Source: Aliivibrio fischeri ES114 (lineage in GTDB: Bacteria > Pseudomonadota > Gammaproteobacteria > Enterobacterales > Vibrionaceae). Taken from it: a DNA stretch of 32,000 bases. A program made the position numbers and the translations under genes. Below, piece by piece: positions 1 to 10,707 of the stretch. The notes under the pieces were generated by a model. That model was not told where the DNA came from and made no database searches. It worked only from the letters and a program-made list of their open reading frames with translations. The stretch lies in NCBI RefSeq assembly GCF_000011805.1, contig NC_006840.2, one strand, 5' to 3'. Each line of letters begins with the position of its first letter. The first letter of the stretch is position 1.

Positions 1-29
1 CCATCATAGATGTCCTTTATCCAAACATA

Positions 30-58
30 AAAAAAGCTTCTTGATCACAGAAGCTTTA
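30..58 (-). terminator. Rho-independent terminator downstream of pldA
   Basis: Inverted repeat aaagcttct...agaagcttt flanked by an A-run on the + strand (T-run on the minus strand), just 3' of the minus-strand pldA-like CDS. Confidence 0.75.
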
Positions 59-85
59 AATTTTTCGCAATAAATAGCACTGGCA

Positions 86-859
86 TTAATTTGGCGGCAT
101 TAATTTAATACCAAGACCAATTCGAGTTTGATCATGGTTATAATCAATTAAGGTTTCCCCATACCCTTTCCATGCTTGTACGTATAAACCAACAAATTTA
201 TTGACGTTTAATGTATAACCAAGCTCAGCACCACCTTTATCGGTTTCGAAATTATAATGGAAACGAGTACTGAGTGTTCCAATATCATTACCGACAGAAG
301 CCCAAACATCATAATTACCTAAATAATCCGTAATATCTTCGTTATTTTCTTCATCAGCAATGACATACCAAGCTCTAACGCCATATTGTACAGGGCCATC
401 AATTCGTTCTAATGCGCCATAAATGCGATCCCAACTACGAGATAAACTTGCTGTTTGACCATTAGATTCATGCATATAACCAAATTCAGCATTGTTAAAA
501 ATCAACATATTTGACTGATGCATCAAGAAAAATTGTGGCTTATAGTTAGTTTCTCTAAAAGGGGATGAAATATCGCTGTTACCCAACTGCCATAATGACT
601 TTTGTGTATAAGCAAACATGATTGAGGAACTTTGACTAACTGGGAACAAAGGTACTGCAAATGAAAATTTGAATTTCACTTCAACATCATGAAGGCCATC
701 AGCATCTTCAAAACCACCATCAATATAGGTTTGTTTGTTCAAATCACTAATATAAGAACCTAAAATATAGCTATCTTCATAGGCATGTATACGATTTAAC
801 TCTTTTGCGAACGATAAAGAGGGTATTGCCAATGCAATTAATAGCATCCATTTTTTCAT
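86..859 (-). CDS. pldA: Outer membrane phospholipase A (OMPLA)
   Basis: Signal peptide MKKWMLLIALAIPSLSFA; OMPLA-like motifs YTQKSLWQLGNSDISSPFRETNYKPQ and HESNGQTASLSRSWDRIY. ORF track starts at 910, but the internal Met at 859 gives a cleaner signal peptide. Confidence 0.93.
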   Translation of the reverse strand: MKKWMLLIALAIPSLSFAKELNRIHAYEDSYILGSYISDLNKQTYIDGGFEDADGLHDVEVKFKFSFAVPLFPVSQSSSIMFAYTQKSLWQLGNSDISSPFRETNYKPQFFLMHQSNMLIFNNAEFGYMHESNGQTASLSRSWDRIYGALERIDGPVQYGVRAWYVIADEENNEDITDYLGNYDVWASVGNDIGTLSTRFHYNFETDKGGAELGYTLNVNKFVGLYVQAWKGYGETLIDYNHDQTRIGLGIKLMPPN

Positions 860-954
860 AGTCGACCTTTTGTCATTAATTTGCTTTTTTATTGTTAATG
901 CAAAAAGCATACCTAATAACTAAGGTTTTTATTCATACATTCATAATGTTAATA

Positions 955-3297
955 CTATTTGATATCAACTGTTCGACTTGCTTTCTTATACTGCAATTTC
1001 CAACCCGACCAACTTGGTAGCTCCCAGCGTTTAACATCACCTTTACGTTGTCCTTTATGATAATGCAGCAAAATTCGCTTACTTCTCGGAAAATATTCAA
1101 CCGACAATACAAGATCTGGTAGCACAACTTTCTGAGGGTAAGAATCTAGAAAATCTTGAAGCTCCCACTCAGGGATACCATGAAAAACAAAATCTGTTTC
1201 ATCAAATAATTCCATCTCATCAATTGAGCTCACACCAAGAGCTTCTAATTGCTCTTTAAACCAACTCTCAAATGTGACAGAAGAGACTTCTTTATTATTT
1301 AACTGGCAATACAGTTTCCAAGCGGCAATCTCCTTCTCTCTTGCTTCTTTTAATTTAGGCATAAGTAAACCGCTATCAACTTGATTGAGGATCACTGCGA
1401 TATTATCGGTATTATCAGGGGCGACGAATTCCGTTTTCAACTTCCGATTTGCATAAAAGTATTCATGTATTATTTTAAATTCACCATCCTGATTTATTAC
1501 CTCTCCACTTCGACACTCAGCTAATCCAGAATTTAAAACTAACGATAAATCAATCGGTGCCAGTGCCGTCGCAATGGTTAATGTCTGCTTAGAGCCTCTG
1601 CCCGGTAAAGAAAATTGATCAAAAACCAACGCAGCTTCATACGATGATGGAAAACAACTGTTGCGGCCGAGTAAAACTTCTTGCTTCTCATTACCAAATG
1701 CTTCTTTTCGCTTTTCTCTTCTAACAAAAACTAATTCTGGTAATTTTTCTACGAGTTGCAGTAATACTTCTTCACGCTTAATGCGACTACTTACTTCTAA
1801 ATCAGGTAAACCAAGTTCATCTCGGATCTGTATTGATAATTTACGAGCTTCAGATTGCAGCTCTTTATCAACAATAACTCCTTCACATGAATGACCGCGA
1901 ACGATAGAAATTAACGTAATAAGATCACAACCTTTAGGATTCCAACGAGTAAATTCCTCTAATGCATCTTGTTTTTTAGATATTGAATAGAGTTTGTTTG
2001 ATACCGATAAAGCAGAAACTAAATCAACAATGGTTTCTTTCTCTGCCTTTCCAATAATCACCGAAAGCATATGTGAAAATAGCGTATCAATCGGTAAAGG
2101 AAAAAGTCGACGCCCGTAATCAGTTATCTCACCCTGTTCATTCAATGCTTTCATCGCTTGAAGCTTTAATTCAGCATTACTCAGAGATGCCATTGGTAGC
2201 ACTTCTAGAAATGGCATATTACGTAAAACAAAGTCACAACTTGCTGCTGCTAGCATAGGCTCCACTAGCTCTTCCCGTTGCAACTCTGGTGGTGTTGTTT
2301 TTTCTAATGGCGCAAATTCACCATACATATGAATTGCCGTACCCGCTTGCGTTCTCCCTGCTCGACCAGATCGTTGGGATACATTTGCTTTAGAAATCGC
2401 TTGTAATGATAACGTTGTTCGCCCATTTCGTTGATGAGTTCTCCGCTCTAGGCCTGAATCAATAACAACCGTAATATTCGGGATAGTTAAAGAAGTCTCT
2501 GCGACGTTCGTTGAAAATACAAATCGTTGCTGACCAGATGGGGTCAATACTTGTTGGCGAATATCATCACTCACCCCAGCATATAGAGGAAGAATAAGAA
2601 CGTCTTGGAATTTACTTCGTACAACTTGGATACATTGTTGAATTTCTTTTTTACCTGGTAAGAAAATTAATACATCACCATGTTCATTTTGAGCACTTAA
2701 ACTCATTAATATATTCAATATACGTACCTCTAAATCCTTATTTGAAGGCATGTCTTGAGAATGTGTAGATATATAACGATGAGTTACTGGGTACTGACGA
2801 CCTTTTGATTTTAATACATCAGCATCAATATACTGAGCCAACGAAGTACTATCCATTGTAGCGGATGTTAAGATAAGACGATGTTGCTGGTGTAGCTTTA
2901 ATAAGGAGAGTAATAGATCACTATCCCAGCGACGTTCATGAAATTCATCAATAATAACGATTTTGAAATCGACTAATCGATCTTCCATAAACCATTTTAA
3001 TGCGATCCCCGGAGTTACAAATACCACTTTACTTTTATCTGTGTATTGAGCATCTAGCTTAATCGCGTACCCAATATCATCACCTACTGTTTGCTCGTGT
3101 TGAGTTGATAGGTAATCCGCTAAAGCAGTACAAGCTATACGACGAGGCTCAACAACTAATACCCTTCCATGTTCAGCTGCCCACACTGGTAAATGAGTGG
3201 ATTTTCCTGAACCTGTTTCAGATTCAACCACTAAATTTTTATGGTTAACTAAAGATGAAAACTCATCGTATAAGGCATTAATTGGTAATAAAGACAT
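955..3297 (-). CDS. DEAH-box ATP-dependent helicase, HrpA/HrpB-like
   Basis: Walker A ETGSGKST, DEFH box, SAT motif, QRSGRAGRTQAGTA motif VI; length 780 aa resembles HrpB more than HrpA. Confidence 0.88.
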   Translation of the reverse strand: MSLLPINALYDEFSSLVNHKNLVVESETGSGKSTHLPVWAAEHGRVLVVEPRRIACTALADYLSTQHEQTVGDDIGYAIKLDAQYTDKSKVVFVTPGIALKWFMEDRLVDFKIVIIDEFHERRWDSDLLLSLLKLHQQHRLILTSATMDSTSLAQYIDADVLKSKGRQYPVTHRYISTHSQDMPSNKDLEVRILNILMSLSAQNEHGDVLIFLPGKKEIQQCIQVVRSKFQDVLILPLYAGVSDDIRQQVLTPSGQQRFVFSTNVAETSLTIPNITVVIDSGLERRTHQRNGRTTLSLQAISKANVSQRSGRAGRTQAGTAIHMYGEFAPLEKTTPPELQREELVEPMLAAASCDFVLRNMPFLEVLPMASLSNAELKLQAMKALNEQGEITDYGRRLFPLPIDTLFSHMLSVIIGKAEKETIVDLVSALSVSNKLYSISKKQDALEEFTRWNPKGCDLITLISIVRGHSCEGVIVDKELQSEARKLSIQIRDELGLPDLEVSSRIKREEVLLQLVEKLPELVFVRREKRKEAFGNEKQEVLLGRNSCFPSSYEAALVFDQFSLPGRGSKQTLTIATALAPIDLSLVLNSGLAECRSGEVINQDGEFKIIHEYFYANRKLKTEFVAPDNTDNIAVILNQVDSGLLMPKLKEAREKEIAAWKLYCQLNNKEVSSVTFESWFKEQLEALGVSSIDEMELFDETDFVFHGIPEWELQDFLDSYPQKVVLPDLVLSVEYFPRSKRILLHYHKGQRKGDVKRWELPSWSGWKLQYKKASRTVDIK

Positions 3298-3451
3298 ATA
3301 AACCGAAAGATAATAGAATATTTCACTACTTTAACGGATTTGATTGATAAAAACATGACTCTATTCGCACTTTATTTTCAATCACGCTTTGATATTTGCT
3401 TAAAGTAGGCATAGGATCTGTGGTTCATTCTCGATTTGAAGAAGCCTAACG

Positions 3452-5140
3452 ATGAATAACAACAAACGTCCCCTATATATCCCTTATGCAGGTCCTGCAC
3501 TTCTAAGTACTCCTCTACTCAATAAAGGTAGCGCATTCAGTACTACAGAGCGTAAATATTTTAACTTAGAAGGTTTGCTTCCTGAGGCGATTGAGAGTAT
3601 CGAAGAACAAACAGGTCGTGCTTACAAGCAATATCAAAATTTTGAAAATGATATGGATAAGCATATTTACCTACGTAATATTCAAGATACAAACGAGACT
3701 CTTTTCTACCGTTTAGTACAAAACCACATTAGTGAAATGATGCCAATCATTTATACACCAACGGTAGGTGCAGCTTGTGAGAACTTCTCAAATATATACC
3801 GACGTGGCCGTGGTTTGTTTATCTCTTATGAAAACAAAAACCGCATTGATGATTTATTGAATAATGCCGCTAACCAAAACGTTAAAGTAATTGTAGTTAC
3901 TGATGGTGAACGAATTCTTGGTCTTGGTGATCAGGGGATCGGCGGTATGGGTATTCCTATCGGGAAACTGGCATTATATACCGCATGTGGTGGTATCAGC
4001 CCTGCTCATACATTACCTATCGTACTTGATGTAGGTACAAATAACCCTCAACGTCTTGCTGATCCTATGTATATGGGCTGGCGTCACCCTCGTGTTACTG
4101 GCGACGAATACGCTGATTTTGTTGAAGATTTCATTCAAGCTGTACAACGTCGTTGGCCTGAAGCCCTAGTTCAATTTGAAGATTTTGCACAAAAAAATGC
4201 AATGCCTTTACTTGAGCGTTACAAAAACCGAATTTGTTGTTTTAATGATGATATTCAAGGTACTGCAGCAGTTACTGTTGGTTCATTACTTGCCGCTTGT
4301 AAAGCTGCTGGCAGTTCTTTATCAGAACAACGAGTTACTTTCCTAGGCGCAGGCTCTGCTGGTTGTGGTATTGCTGAGGCAATCATTGCACAGATGGTAT
4401 CAGAAGGAATTTCTGATGCACAAGCTCGCTCACAAGTATATATGGTTGACCGTTGGGGTCTATTACAAGAAGGTATGCCGAATCTATTAGATTTCCAACA
4501 GCGTCTTGTACAAAAAGCTGAAAACACAAAAGATTGGGTTTCTGAGGAACCTAACTTCTCACTTGTTGATGTTATGCGTAATGCAAAACCAACCGTATTA
4601 ATTGGTGTATCTGGTGCTCCTGGCTTATTTAGTAAAGAAGTAATCCAAGAGATGCACAAGCATTGTGAACGACCAATTGTTTTCCCTCTATCAAACCCAA
4701 CAAGCCGTGTAGAGGCTACACCAAACGATATTATTCGTTGGACTGATGGTCAGGCACTAGTAGCAACAGGAAGCCCGTTTGATCCTGTTGCACACAATGG
4801 CCAAACTTATCCAATTGCTCAGTGTAATAATAGCTTTATCTTCCCAGGTATTGGCTTAGGTGTATTAGCTATTAAAGCAACTCGTGTAACGGATGAAATG
4901 CTGATGGAATCAAGTCGAGCACTAGCTGAATGCTCTCCACTGGCTATTCACGGTACTGGTGCATTACTTCCACCACTGGAAGAAATTCACAGCGTATCAA
5001 AACGAATCGCATTTGCTGTAGCTAAAAAAGCAATTGAACAAGGCCATGCGCTTGAAATCACAGATGAAGCGCTTCAGCAAAAAATTGAAAGCTACTTTTG
5101 GAAACCGGTATACCGTCGTTACAAACGAACAGCATTCTAA
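3452..5140 (+). CDS. maeA: NAD-dependent malic enzyme (malate dehydrogenase, oxaloacetate-decarboxylating)
   Basis: Strong recall of E. coli MaeA/SfcA: [71 protein letters not shown]. Confidence 0.95.
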   Translation: MNNNKRPLYIPYAGPALLSTPLLNKGSAFSTTERKYFNLEGLLPEAIESIEEQTGRAYKQYQNFENDMDKHIYLRNIQDTNETLFYRLVQNHISEMMPIIYTPTVGAACENFSNIYRRGRGLFISYENKNRIDDLLNNAANQNVKVIVVTDGERILGLGDQGIGGMGIPIGKLALYTACGGISPAHTLPIVLDVGTNNPQRLADPMYMGWRHPRVTGDEYADFVEDFIQAVQRRWPEALVQFEDFAQKNAMPLLERYKNRICCFNDDIQGTAAVTVGSLLAACKAAGSSLSEQRVTFLGAGSAGCGIAEAIIAQMVSEGISDAQARSQVYMVDRWGLLQEGMPNLLDFQQRLVQKAENTKDWVSEEPNFSLVDVMRNAKPTVLIGVSGAPGLFSKEVIQEMHKHCERPIVFPLSNPTSRVEATPNDIIRWTDGQALVATGSPFDPVAHNGQTYPIAQCNNSFIFPGIGLGVLAIKATRVTDEMLMESSRALAECSPLAIHGTGALLPPLEEIHSVSKRIAFAVAKKAIEQGHALEITDEALQQKIESYFWKPVYRRYKRTAF

Positions 5141-5161
5141 TAAGTACATGATTTAACTATA

Positions 5162-5192
5162 AACCAGAGTAACTATTGCTCTGGTTTTTTTT
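5162..5192 (+). terminator. Rho-independent terminator of maeA
   Basis: aaccagag...ctctggtt followed by a T-run. Confidence 0.85.
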
Positions 5193-5250
5193 CAACTTTT
5201 GCTAAGCCTGGCCGATATATTTAATATGAATAAATAATCTTATAGACCTT

Positions 5251-5583
5251 ATGAACCAAATACTTTCTTTTTTTAATACCTTGGGCAGTTATTTAACTCC
5301 TTATTTATCTGATATCTCAGTAGCGATGATTGCTTGTGCACTTGTCATGCTAGGTGGTGATATTAACCGTGCATTAAGAGCTTTCTTAGCTGGAAAGCAC
5401 TTTTTAATTCGTACCTGTGCTTTTATTGGTATTAACGCTTTTGGATATGGATTGTTGATTGTAAAAGCATCACCATTTCTCACATCTGCTTTGCGTTCTA
5501 TACAACCTGCTTTTATGCTTGCTATTGTTTTTTCGACCTTTATTATTATCGGTATATGGGCACAAAAAAATCGTCAAGTATGA
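5251..5583 (+). CDS. Small inner membrane protein, DUF3392-like
   Basis: 110 aa with several hydrophobic helices; resembles conserved Vibrionaceae DUF3392 proteins (from memory). Confidence 0.65.
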   Translation: MNQILSFFNTLGSYLTPYLSDISVAMIACALVMLGGDINRALRAFLAGKHFLIRTCAFIGINAFGYGLLIVKASPFLTSALRSIQPAFMLAIVFSTFIIIGIWAQKNRQV

Positions 5584-5609
5584 TCATGATGCATTAAAGT
5601 TGAGGGATA

Positions 5610-6287
5610 ATGGCAGTTTCAAAAATAGAGATATTTAAGAAGTGGATAAAAATAGTTTTGATCGTAGTTATCGCTGCAACATCGGCTATTTTGACTCCCG
5701 ATGTCTATATGTCACTATCAACACAATCACAACTTTATAAACAGGTTGAAGCTCTTCCAGAGCAAGAAACGGCTCTGGTTCTTGGCACGAGCAAGTATAT
5801 TCGTCGTACATTAAACCCTTACTACCAATATCGCATTGATGCCGCAATTGAATTATTCAAGCAAAATAAAGTTTCGCATTTTTTACTCAGTGGAGATAAT
5901 GCTCATCGTTCATATAACGAACCATGGACAATGAAGCGAGACTTATTAAAAGCAGGAATACCAGAAGATAGAATAACATTAGACTATGCAGGGTTTCGTA
6001 CTCTAGATTCCGTTCAGCGAGCAAAAGAAATTTTTGATGCAAATAGCTTAACGATCGTTTCACAACAGTTTCATTGCCAACGAGCTGTTTTCATTGCGAA
6101 TCATTTCGATATGGATACGGTTTGTTTAGTCGTTCCATCCCCTTCTGGCTGGGCGAATACAAAAATTAGATTTAGAGAAGTATTAGCAAGAACCAAAGCA
6201 GTATTAGATTTATATATTTTTAATGTACAGCCTAAATTCCTTGGGCCTAAAGAACCTATTGATCACAGAACTCTCCCTAAAGAATAA
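5610..6287 (+). CDS. sanA: SanA-like envelope protein (ElyC/SanA/YdcF, DUF218 family)
   Basis: N-terminal TM helix; VLGTSKYIRRTLNPYYQYRI, LLSGDNAHRSYNEPWTMKRDL, DYAGFRTLDSVQRAKEIF and QQFHCQRAVFIA match the SanA pattern. Confidence 0.88.
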   Translation: MAVSKIEIFKKWIKIVLIVVIAATSAILTPDVYMSLSTQSQLYKQVEALPEQETALVLGTSKYIRRTLNPYYQYRIDAAIELFKQNKVSHFLLSGDNAHRSYNEPWTMKRDLLKAGIPEDRITLDYAGFRTLDSVQRAKEIFDANSLTIVSQQFHCQRAVFIANHFDMDTVCLVVPSPSGWANTKIRFREVLARTKAVLDLYIFNVQPKFLGPKEPIDHRTLPKE

Positions 6288-6311
6288 CTCACCAGAAACC
6301 ATTAGATATAA

Positions 6312-6338
6312 AAACCCTAGCTTCAGCAGCTAGGGTTT
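6312..6338. terminator. Terminator between convergent sanA and the GGDEF gene
   Basis: aaaccctagc...gctagggttt perfect inverted repeat between convergent genes; T-runs are weak. Confidence 0.5.
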
Positions 6339-6342
6339 GAAC

Positions 6343-7674
6343 TTAATTCATATAATGTATATTTGAACTTGAGTTAACAATATTAGAACTGGTTTTTACA
6401 TTGTTCCGTCCTGCATTCTTAGCTTTAAATAAAGCATCATCAGCACGAGCAATCACCTCAGTAATCCGTTCATCCTTCATCTCTGCAACACCAAGACTGC
6501 ATGTTAAGCGTTCATTATGGCACCATAAGTGATGCTCTACAGTGCGACGTATAAGCTCTGCTTTTTCTTCTGCCTGTTGAAGATCATTATTTGGAGAAAA
6601 TACGATAAATTCTTCCCCTCCCCAACGAACCAAAAAATCAGTACTTTTTATTGCTCCAGTAATCACTAAAACAAACTCTCTTAAAATATCATCACCAGTT
6701 TGATGCCCTAAGTCATCATTCACTTTTTTAAAGAAATCAATATCTATATAAATTACAGAAAAGGTTTGCTTGCCCCAACGAACTTGTTGCGACATACGTT
6801 CTAGCCAATCACGAACAGCATTACGGTTACGAGCACCCGTTAAGGAGTCTCGATGAGCCAATTCTGCAAACTCTACATTTTTCTCTTTTAACGTATCATT
6901 TAATTTACGTAAACGACTTTCACGATAAGTACTGGCTTTTAATCGCTTATTTAATGCACGCTGTTCATATAAAACATAAGCAATAATAACAACAAGCCAT
7001 GCACCTAGAATCGTTTTTAATAAGGTTGTTTCTTTAATCCAAACACCTCGTAATTCAATACTGTTTATAGTCATTTCGAAATGACCTTCGCTTACTCCTG
7101 AAGCGGTAGCTATTTCAATGATAGAAACATTCGAAAACTCAGGTGACGCATGTTCTACCGCAACTTTGTAATCCGCTATCCACCAAGTAAGTACCTGGAA
7201 ATCAGATAAGCTAATCTCTTTAGGACCAGTATTAAAACCTGGTTCATACTCAATCCCATTAAATTTCAACGATGCCGCGTCATTACGCTTAGTATATGCA
7301 GGGTTACTATTACGTAAATAAACTCGTAAACGGCCATTTGGGTCCGAGTTTTTATAATCAATATCTAAAACAAGCTTTGAATAATCAGAAAGATCAATAC
7401 CCTCAAACATACTGTCTGATAAATGAATTGCAGCTTCGCAATATGGCCAAGCATAATTGCCTTGTTTAAGATCGCACTTAATTGTCGGTTTATTATTAGT
7501 TTGAACTAAAACCGAATCACTAATACCACCAACTTTACGATCATCCGTTGCATAATATTGATATTTTTCGGGATTGATGGTTAATGTTTTTGAGTCACCA
7601 TCAAAGTGATACCAAACAAGAATGCCTGTCGACAGTATTAACATCACCACTGCAATTTTTTGAAAAATGCTCAT
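6343..7674 (-). CDS. Membrane-anchored GGDEF-domain protein (predicted diguanylate cyclase)
   Basis: C-terminal GGDEF domain with DIDFFKKVNDDLGHQTGD and RWGGEEF; N-terminal TM, periplasmic region, then second TM (TILGAWLVVIIAYVLY). Confidence 0.9.
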   Translation of the reverse strand: MSIFQKIAVVMLILSTGILVWYHFDGDSKTLTINPEKYQYYATDDRKVGGISDSVLVQTNNKPTIKCDLKQGNYAWPYCEAAIHLSDSMFEGIDLSDYSKLVLDIDYKNSDPNGRLRVYLRNSNPAYTKRNDAASLKFNGIEYEPGFNTGPKEISLSDFQVLTWWIADYKVAVEHASPEFSNVSIIEIATASGVSEGHFEMTINSIELRGVWIKETTLLKTILGAWLVVIIAYVLYEQRALNKRLKASTYRESRLRKLNDTLKEKNVEFAELAHRDSLTGARNRNAVRDWLERMSQQVRWGKQTFSVIYIDIDFFKKVNDDLGHQTGDDILREFVLVITGAIKSTDFLVRWGGEEFIVFSPNNDLQQAEEKAELIRRTVEHHLWCHNERLTCSLGVAEMKDERITEVIARADDALFKAKNAGRNNVKTSSNIVNSSSNIHYMN

Positions 7675-7923
7675 AGTAATCCTTTACGCAAATCCTTAAT
7701 TATTTTGATCTTCATTCCAAAAAAATAATACCCCACTTATTTTTCATCGCAAAGAAATAAAAATACGATATATCACGAAAAGAAGAACTTACATTCTGTT
7801 TTATGATGTAGCTCAAAAAACAATAAGTGCATTCACGCAGCAAAGATAAACCATTGATTTAAGTGTCATTAAACTGTCCCTTCGCCATATTTTTGTCACA
7901 CACTCTAAAAAATGCAATCAATA

Positions 7924-7947
7924 AAAAAGCGCCTGTTTAGGCGCTTA
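7924..7947 (-). terminator. Rho-independent terminator of the 7971..9311 gene
   Basis: aaaaaagcgcctgtttaggcgctt: GC-rich stem, T-run on the minus strand. Confidence 0.85.
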
Positions 7948-7970
7948 AGAAATGAGGTTGGAAATTAAAC

Positions 7971-9311
7971 TTATAAGTCAAATTGTAAGTAAACTGAATT
8001 ATAATTACTTCCACCTTTAATTCTTCCGTATTGTGATGAATTTTCGAAAATGGCAGAACGATGATGGATGCTATATCCTAGCCAGACACTGTCCCACTCT
8101 CTTTTATTGAAAAGATCGCCCAAATTAATATCAAAAGAAAAATCTAAATAATTTAATAATTTACTTTCTCGATATCCTTTTCTATCCATCTCTGTTTGTT
8201 CTATATATGATACGTGATTGATGTATGATAACCCCTCAGCTACACCAAAACGCCATTTCGTTGGCCAGGGAATTGTCGCATAAGCCTTTATGGCCACAAC
8301 AAATTCTGAACTAAGATTCTGAACATCTGATTTCCAGTGTTGAACATAACCAGGCGTTAAATATAGATCAAGAGGAAGTGAAAACAACTCATCAGTCAGA
8401 GGTAAACCATAAAATACCGAAGTCATTTGGTTATTATGCGGATCTTTTTCTGAATCTAAACGAATAATATCACCAATATTAGATGGTGTTGCCCATCCAT
8501 GAGCAACTCTCAAATAAGGTTTATTACCAATATTTTTTCTTGTTGATTGACCTTCTTCAGCAAAGAAACCGACACCAAGAAAATATTCATACTCCCAACG
8601 ATTATCAATATATTGACTATCGTATGCATTATCATCTAATCGAGAAACATAAGTTCCACCAAGAAGGTAAAGATTTGAAACTACGTGGTAGCGAGACATA
8701 AAGCCCGCTTTAAAATCAATTCCCGAACCAATACTTTGGCTAGAATCATCACTCAGGCCGTAATAGTAATTGTTAAACTCAGCTTCTTTAAATCGAGTTT
8801 CGATTGTTGGATTAAACCACCAATCACCAGAACTAATTTCAGCCCCTAACTTAAAATTTAAATAGGAACGAAACTCAGGGTCTACCATCACTTCTGAGTC
8901 AAAAAACCATTCATCATTTATTTGATAACGCGCTTGAAGGCCAGTATCAACAACATCTCCACCCGCTTTATTCTGCACTTCTTTTGGCAAATCAAAATAA
9001 CGTAGCCTCATTAAAGCACTAAATTGCCAATCGCTCGCTTCATAAAGATAAACGCCACCTTCCATGCCGTTTATAAACACGTATTCATTTTCAAAAAACA
9101 TCATTGGAATGAAAGTTGAAACTGTTTCTGATTCAGTTTCATAAGGAATGCTTGCTGTTCTAATTACCCCGGCAATACCCCAGTTTTTTTCAGTTTCTAA
9201 TGATTCTTCATTTGTATTTTTGGCCTCTTCCGCAATCGAGAAAAAACTTATAAATAAAAATGAAAATATCCAGTTCAATGATTTTTTTTGAAAATAAAAA
9301 AGATTAGACAA
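7971..9311 (-). CDS. Predicted outer-membrane beta-barrel protein, possibly MipA/OmpV-like
   Basis: Signal sequence (IFSFLFISFFSIAEE), alternating aromatic beta-strand pattern, C-terminal YLQFDL ending in a hydrophobic residue. Family assignment is tentative. Confidence 0.5.
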   Translation of the reverse strand: MSNLFYFQKKSLNWIFSFLFISFFSIAEEAKNTNEESLETEKNWGIAGVIRTASIPYETESETVSTFIPMMFFENEYVFINGMEGGVYLYEASDWQFSALMRLRYFDLPKEVQNKAGGDVVDTGLQARYQINDEWFFDSEVMVDPEFRSYLNFKLGAEISSGDWWFNPTIETRFKEAEFNNYYYGLSDDSSQSIGSGIDFKAGFMSRYHVVSNLYLLGGTYVSRLDDNAYDSQYIDNRWEYEYFLGVGFFAEEGQSTRKNIGNKPYLRVAHGWATPSNIGDIIRLDSEKDPHNNQMTSVFYGLPLTDELFSLPLDLYLTPGYVQHWKSDVQNLSSEFVVAIKAYATIPWPTKWRFGVAEGLSYINHVSYIEQTEMDRKGYRESKLLNYLDFSFDINLGDLFNKREWDSVWLGYSIHHRSAIFENSSQYGRIKGGSNYNSVYLQFDL

Positions 9312-9450
9312 AATAGCTCTCTAAATGAATAAATTTTGATATATGTGATGAACAGATAAGCAATTGAAGTAAAAAACAATTCAATCAACTTTATAATTTG
9401 AGTATAGTGTCGTTATTAAAAAATATAAATCATCGCCTTGAGAAATTAAC

Positions 9451-9819
9451 GTGAAAATTTCAGAATTGATTCAAAATTTACAAAGCATTCAAAAAGAACA
9501 TGGCAATGATATTGAAGTCGTTACAGGTGAAGAGTGGTTCCCTGAACAACTGTTAACTTCTTCAGTTAATCATAATATGGCTTTTTTAAAGTTTGATCGC
9601 TTACCTTGTGATATTCCAGCAGAGATAGATGCCCGAGGTTTTCTAGAGCACGAAGAAATTTTAATAAAACAATTAGTAAACAATGTAATTTTTAGCGAAC
9701 TAGAACCAGAAATGATGGTAGATAAACTAACTGACATGCTCGTATTTAGTCATGAAAATATCAGTTGTGATGTTATCGAACATTTTAGTCAATTAGAAAA
9801 TAAAAAAATAGGCGTATAA
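9451..9819 (+). CDS. Conserved hypothetical protein (122 aa)
   Basis: Complete ORF in its own intergenic slot, followed by a terminator hairpin. Confidence 0.6.
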   Translation: MKISELIQNLQSIQKEHGNDIEVVTGEEWFPEQLLTSSVNHNMAFLKFDRLPCDIPAEIDARGFLEHEEILIKQLVNNVIFSELEPEMMVDKLTDMLVFSHENISCDVIEHFSQLENKKIGV

Positions 9820-9833
9820 CACGCCTATTTTTT
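9805..9833. terminator. Bidirectional terminator between convergent genes
   Basis: aaaaaataggcgt-ataac-acgcctatttttt; T-runs on both sides. Confidence 0.8.
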
Positions 9834-9849
9834 ATCTTAATTAATAATA

Positions 9850-10707
9850 TTAAGATAAAGGATACCAAAACATTGATGTATCCATTATTTTTTTAGTAAT
9901 AGCTAAAGAAACAACCAAAAATAGGCTCAGCATTATTAATTTATCTGTTTTAGTTATGCTTTTTTCGCTAAACCAAGTTCTGCTTTTCCCACGACCAAAA
10001 CCTCGTAATACCATTGCATTCGATATTTCATCAGCACGGTCTAAGCTTGAGAAAATCAATGGACCTAAGATTTTCGCCAAATTACTAATTCGTGTAAATA
10101 CAGGAACATTTTTTGATAAATCGACACCTCGAGCTTGCTGAGCATGCATGATATTAACAAAATCGCTTTTCACTTCAGGTAAATAACGAAGTGTTAAACT
10201 CACTGCATATGCAATCTTATAAGGTAACCCAATTCGATTTAGACTTGCTGCAAACTCTGTTGGGTGCGTTGTAAAAACAAACACTAATGCGATTGGAAAC
10301 ATACTAAAATATTTTAGTGTTACCGTTATCAAATAAAAAAGCGTTTCTTGTGTAACTACATAATGACCAAAAATAGGAAACAATTCTGTCGTTGTACCTA
10401 TCAATTCATTCCCTTGATTTGGTGCAAGTAAGAACATAAAAACAGCATTCATACTTAAAACCGATAATGTACCAATAAGTAACGGTTTATAAGCTATATA
10501 TGGTACTTTTGTTTCTTTTAATAAAAATAAACCAAATAAAATTAATGGAATAATAATTCGTAAATCAAACGTTGTTAGTACTACTGTTATCCAAGAGATA
10601 AAAAGAAGAAACTTAGTTACGCCATTTAAACGATGTAACCATGTATCAATATCTACATAGTTAATTCCAAAGCTTTGCTTCTTAGTGGACATTTTTCGTA
10701 CTCTCAC
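9850..10707 (-). CDS. Energy-coupling factor transporter transmembrane component (EcfT-like)
   Basis: Membrane protein with the EcfT signatures ARG (HAQQARGVD) and VLRGFGRGK near the C-terminus; overlaps the ECF ATPase gene. Confidence 0.88.
   Translation of the reverse strand: MRVRKMSTKKQSFGINYVDIDTWLHRLNGVTKFLLFISWITVVLTTFDLRIIIPLILFGLFLLKETKVPYIAYKPLLIGTLSVLSMNAVFMFLLAPNQGNELIGTTTELFPIFGHYVVTQETLFYLITVTLKYFSMFPIALVFVFTTHPTEFAASLNRIGLPYKIAYAVSLTLRYLPEVKSDFVNIMHAQQARGVDLSKNVPVFTRISNLAKILGPLIFSSLDRADEISNAMVLRGFGRGKSRTWFSEKSITKTDKLIMLSLFLVVSLAITKKIMDTSMFWYPLS

Noticed and set aside
4255-4659. 134-aa minus-strand ORF inside maeA
   Set aside because: Fully antisense to the strongly conserved malic enzyme gene, no recognisable family or initiation signal
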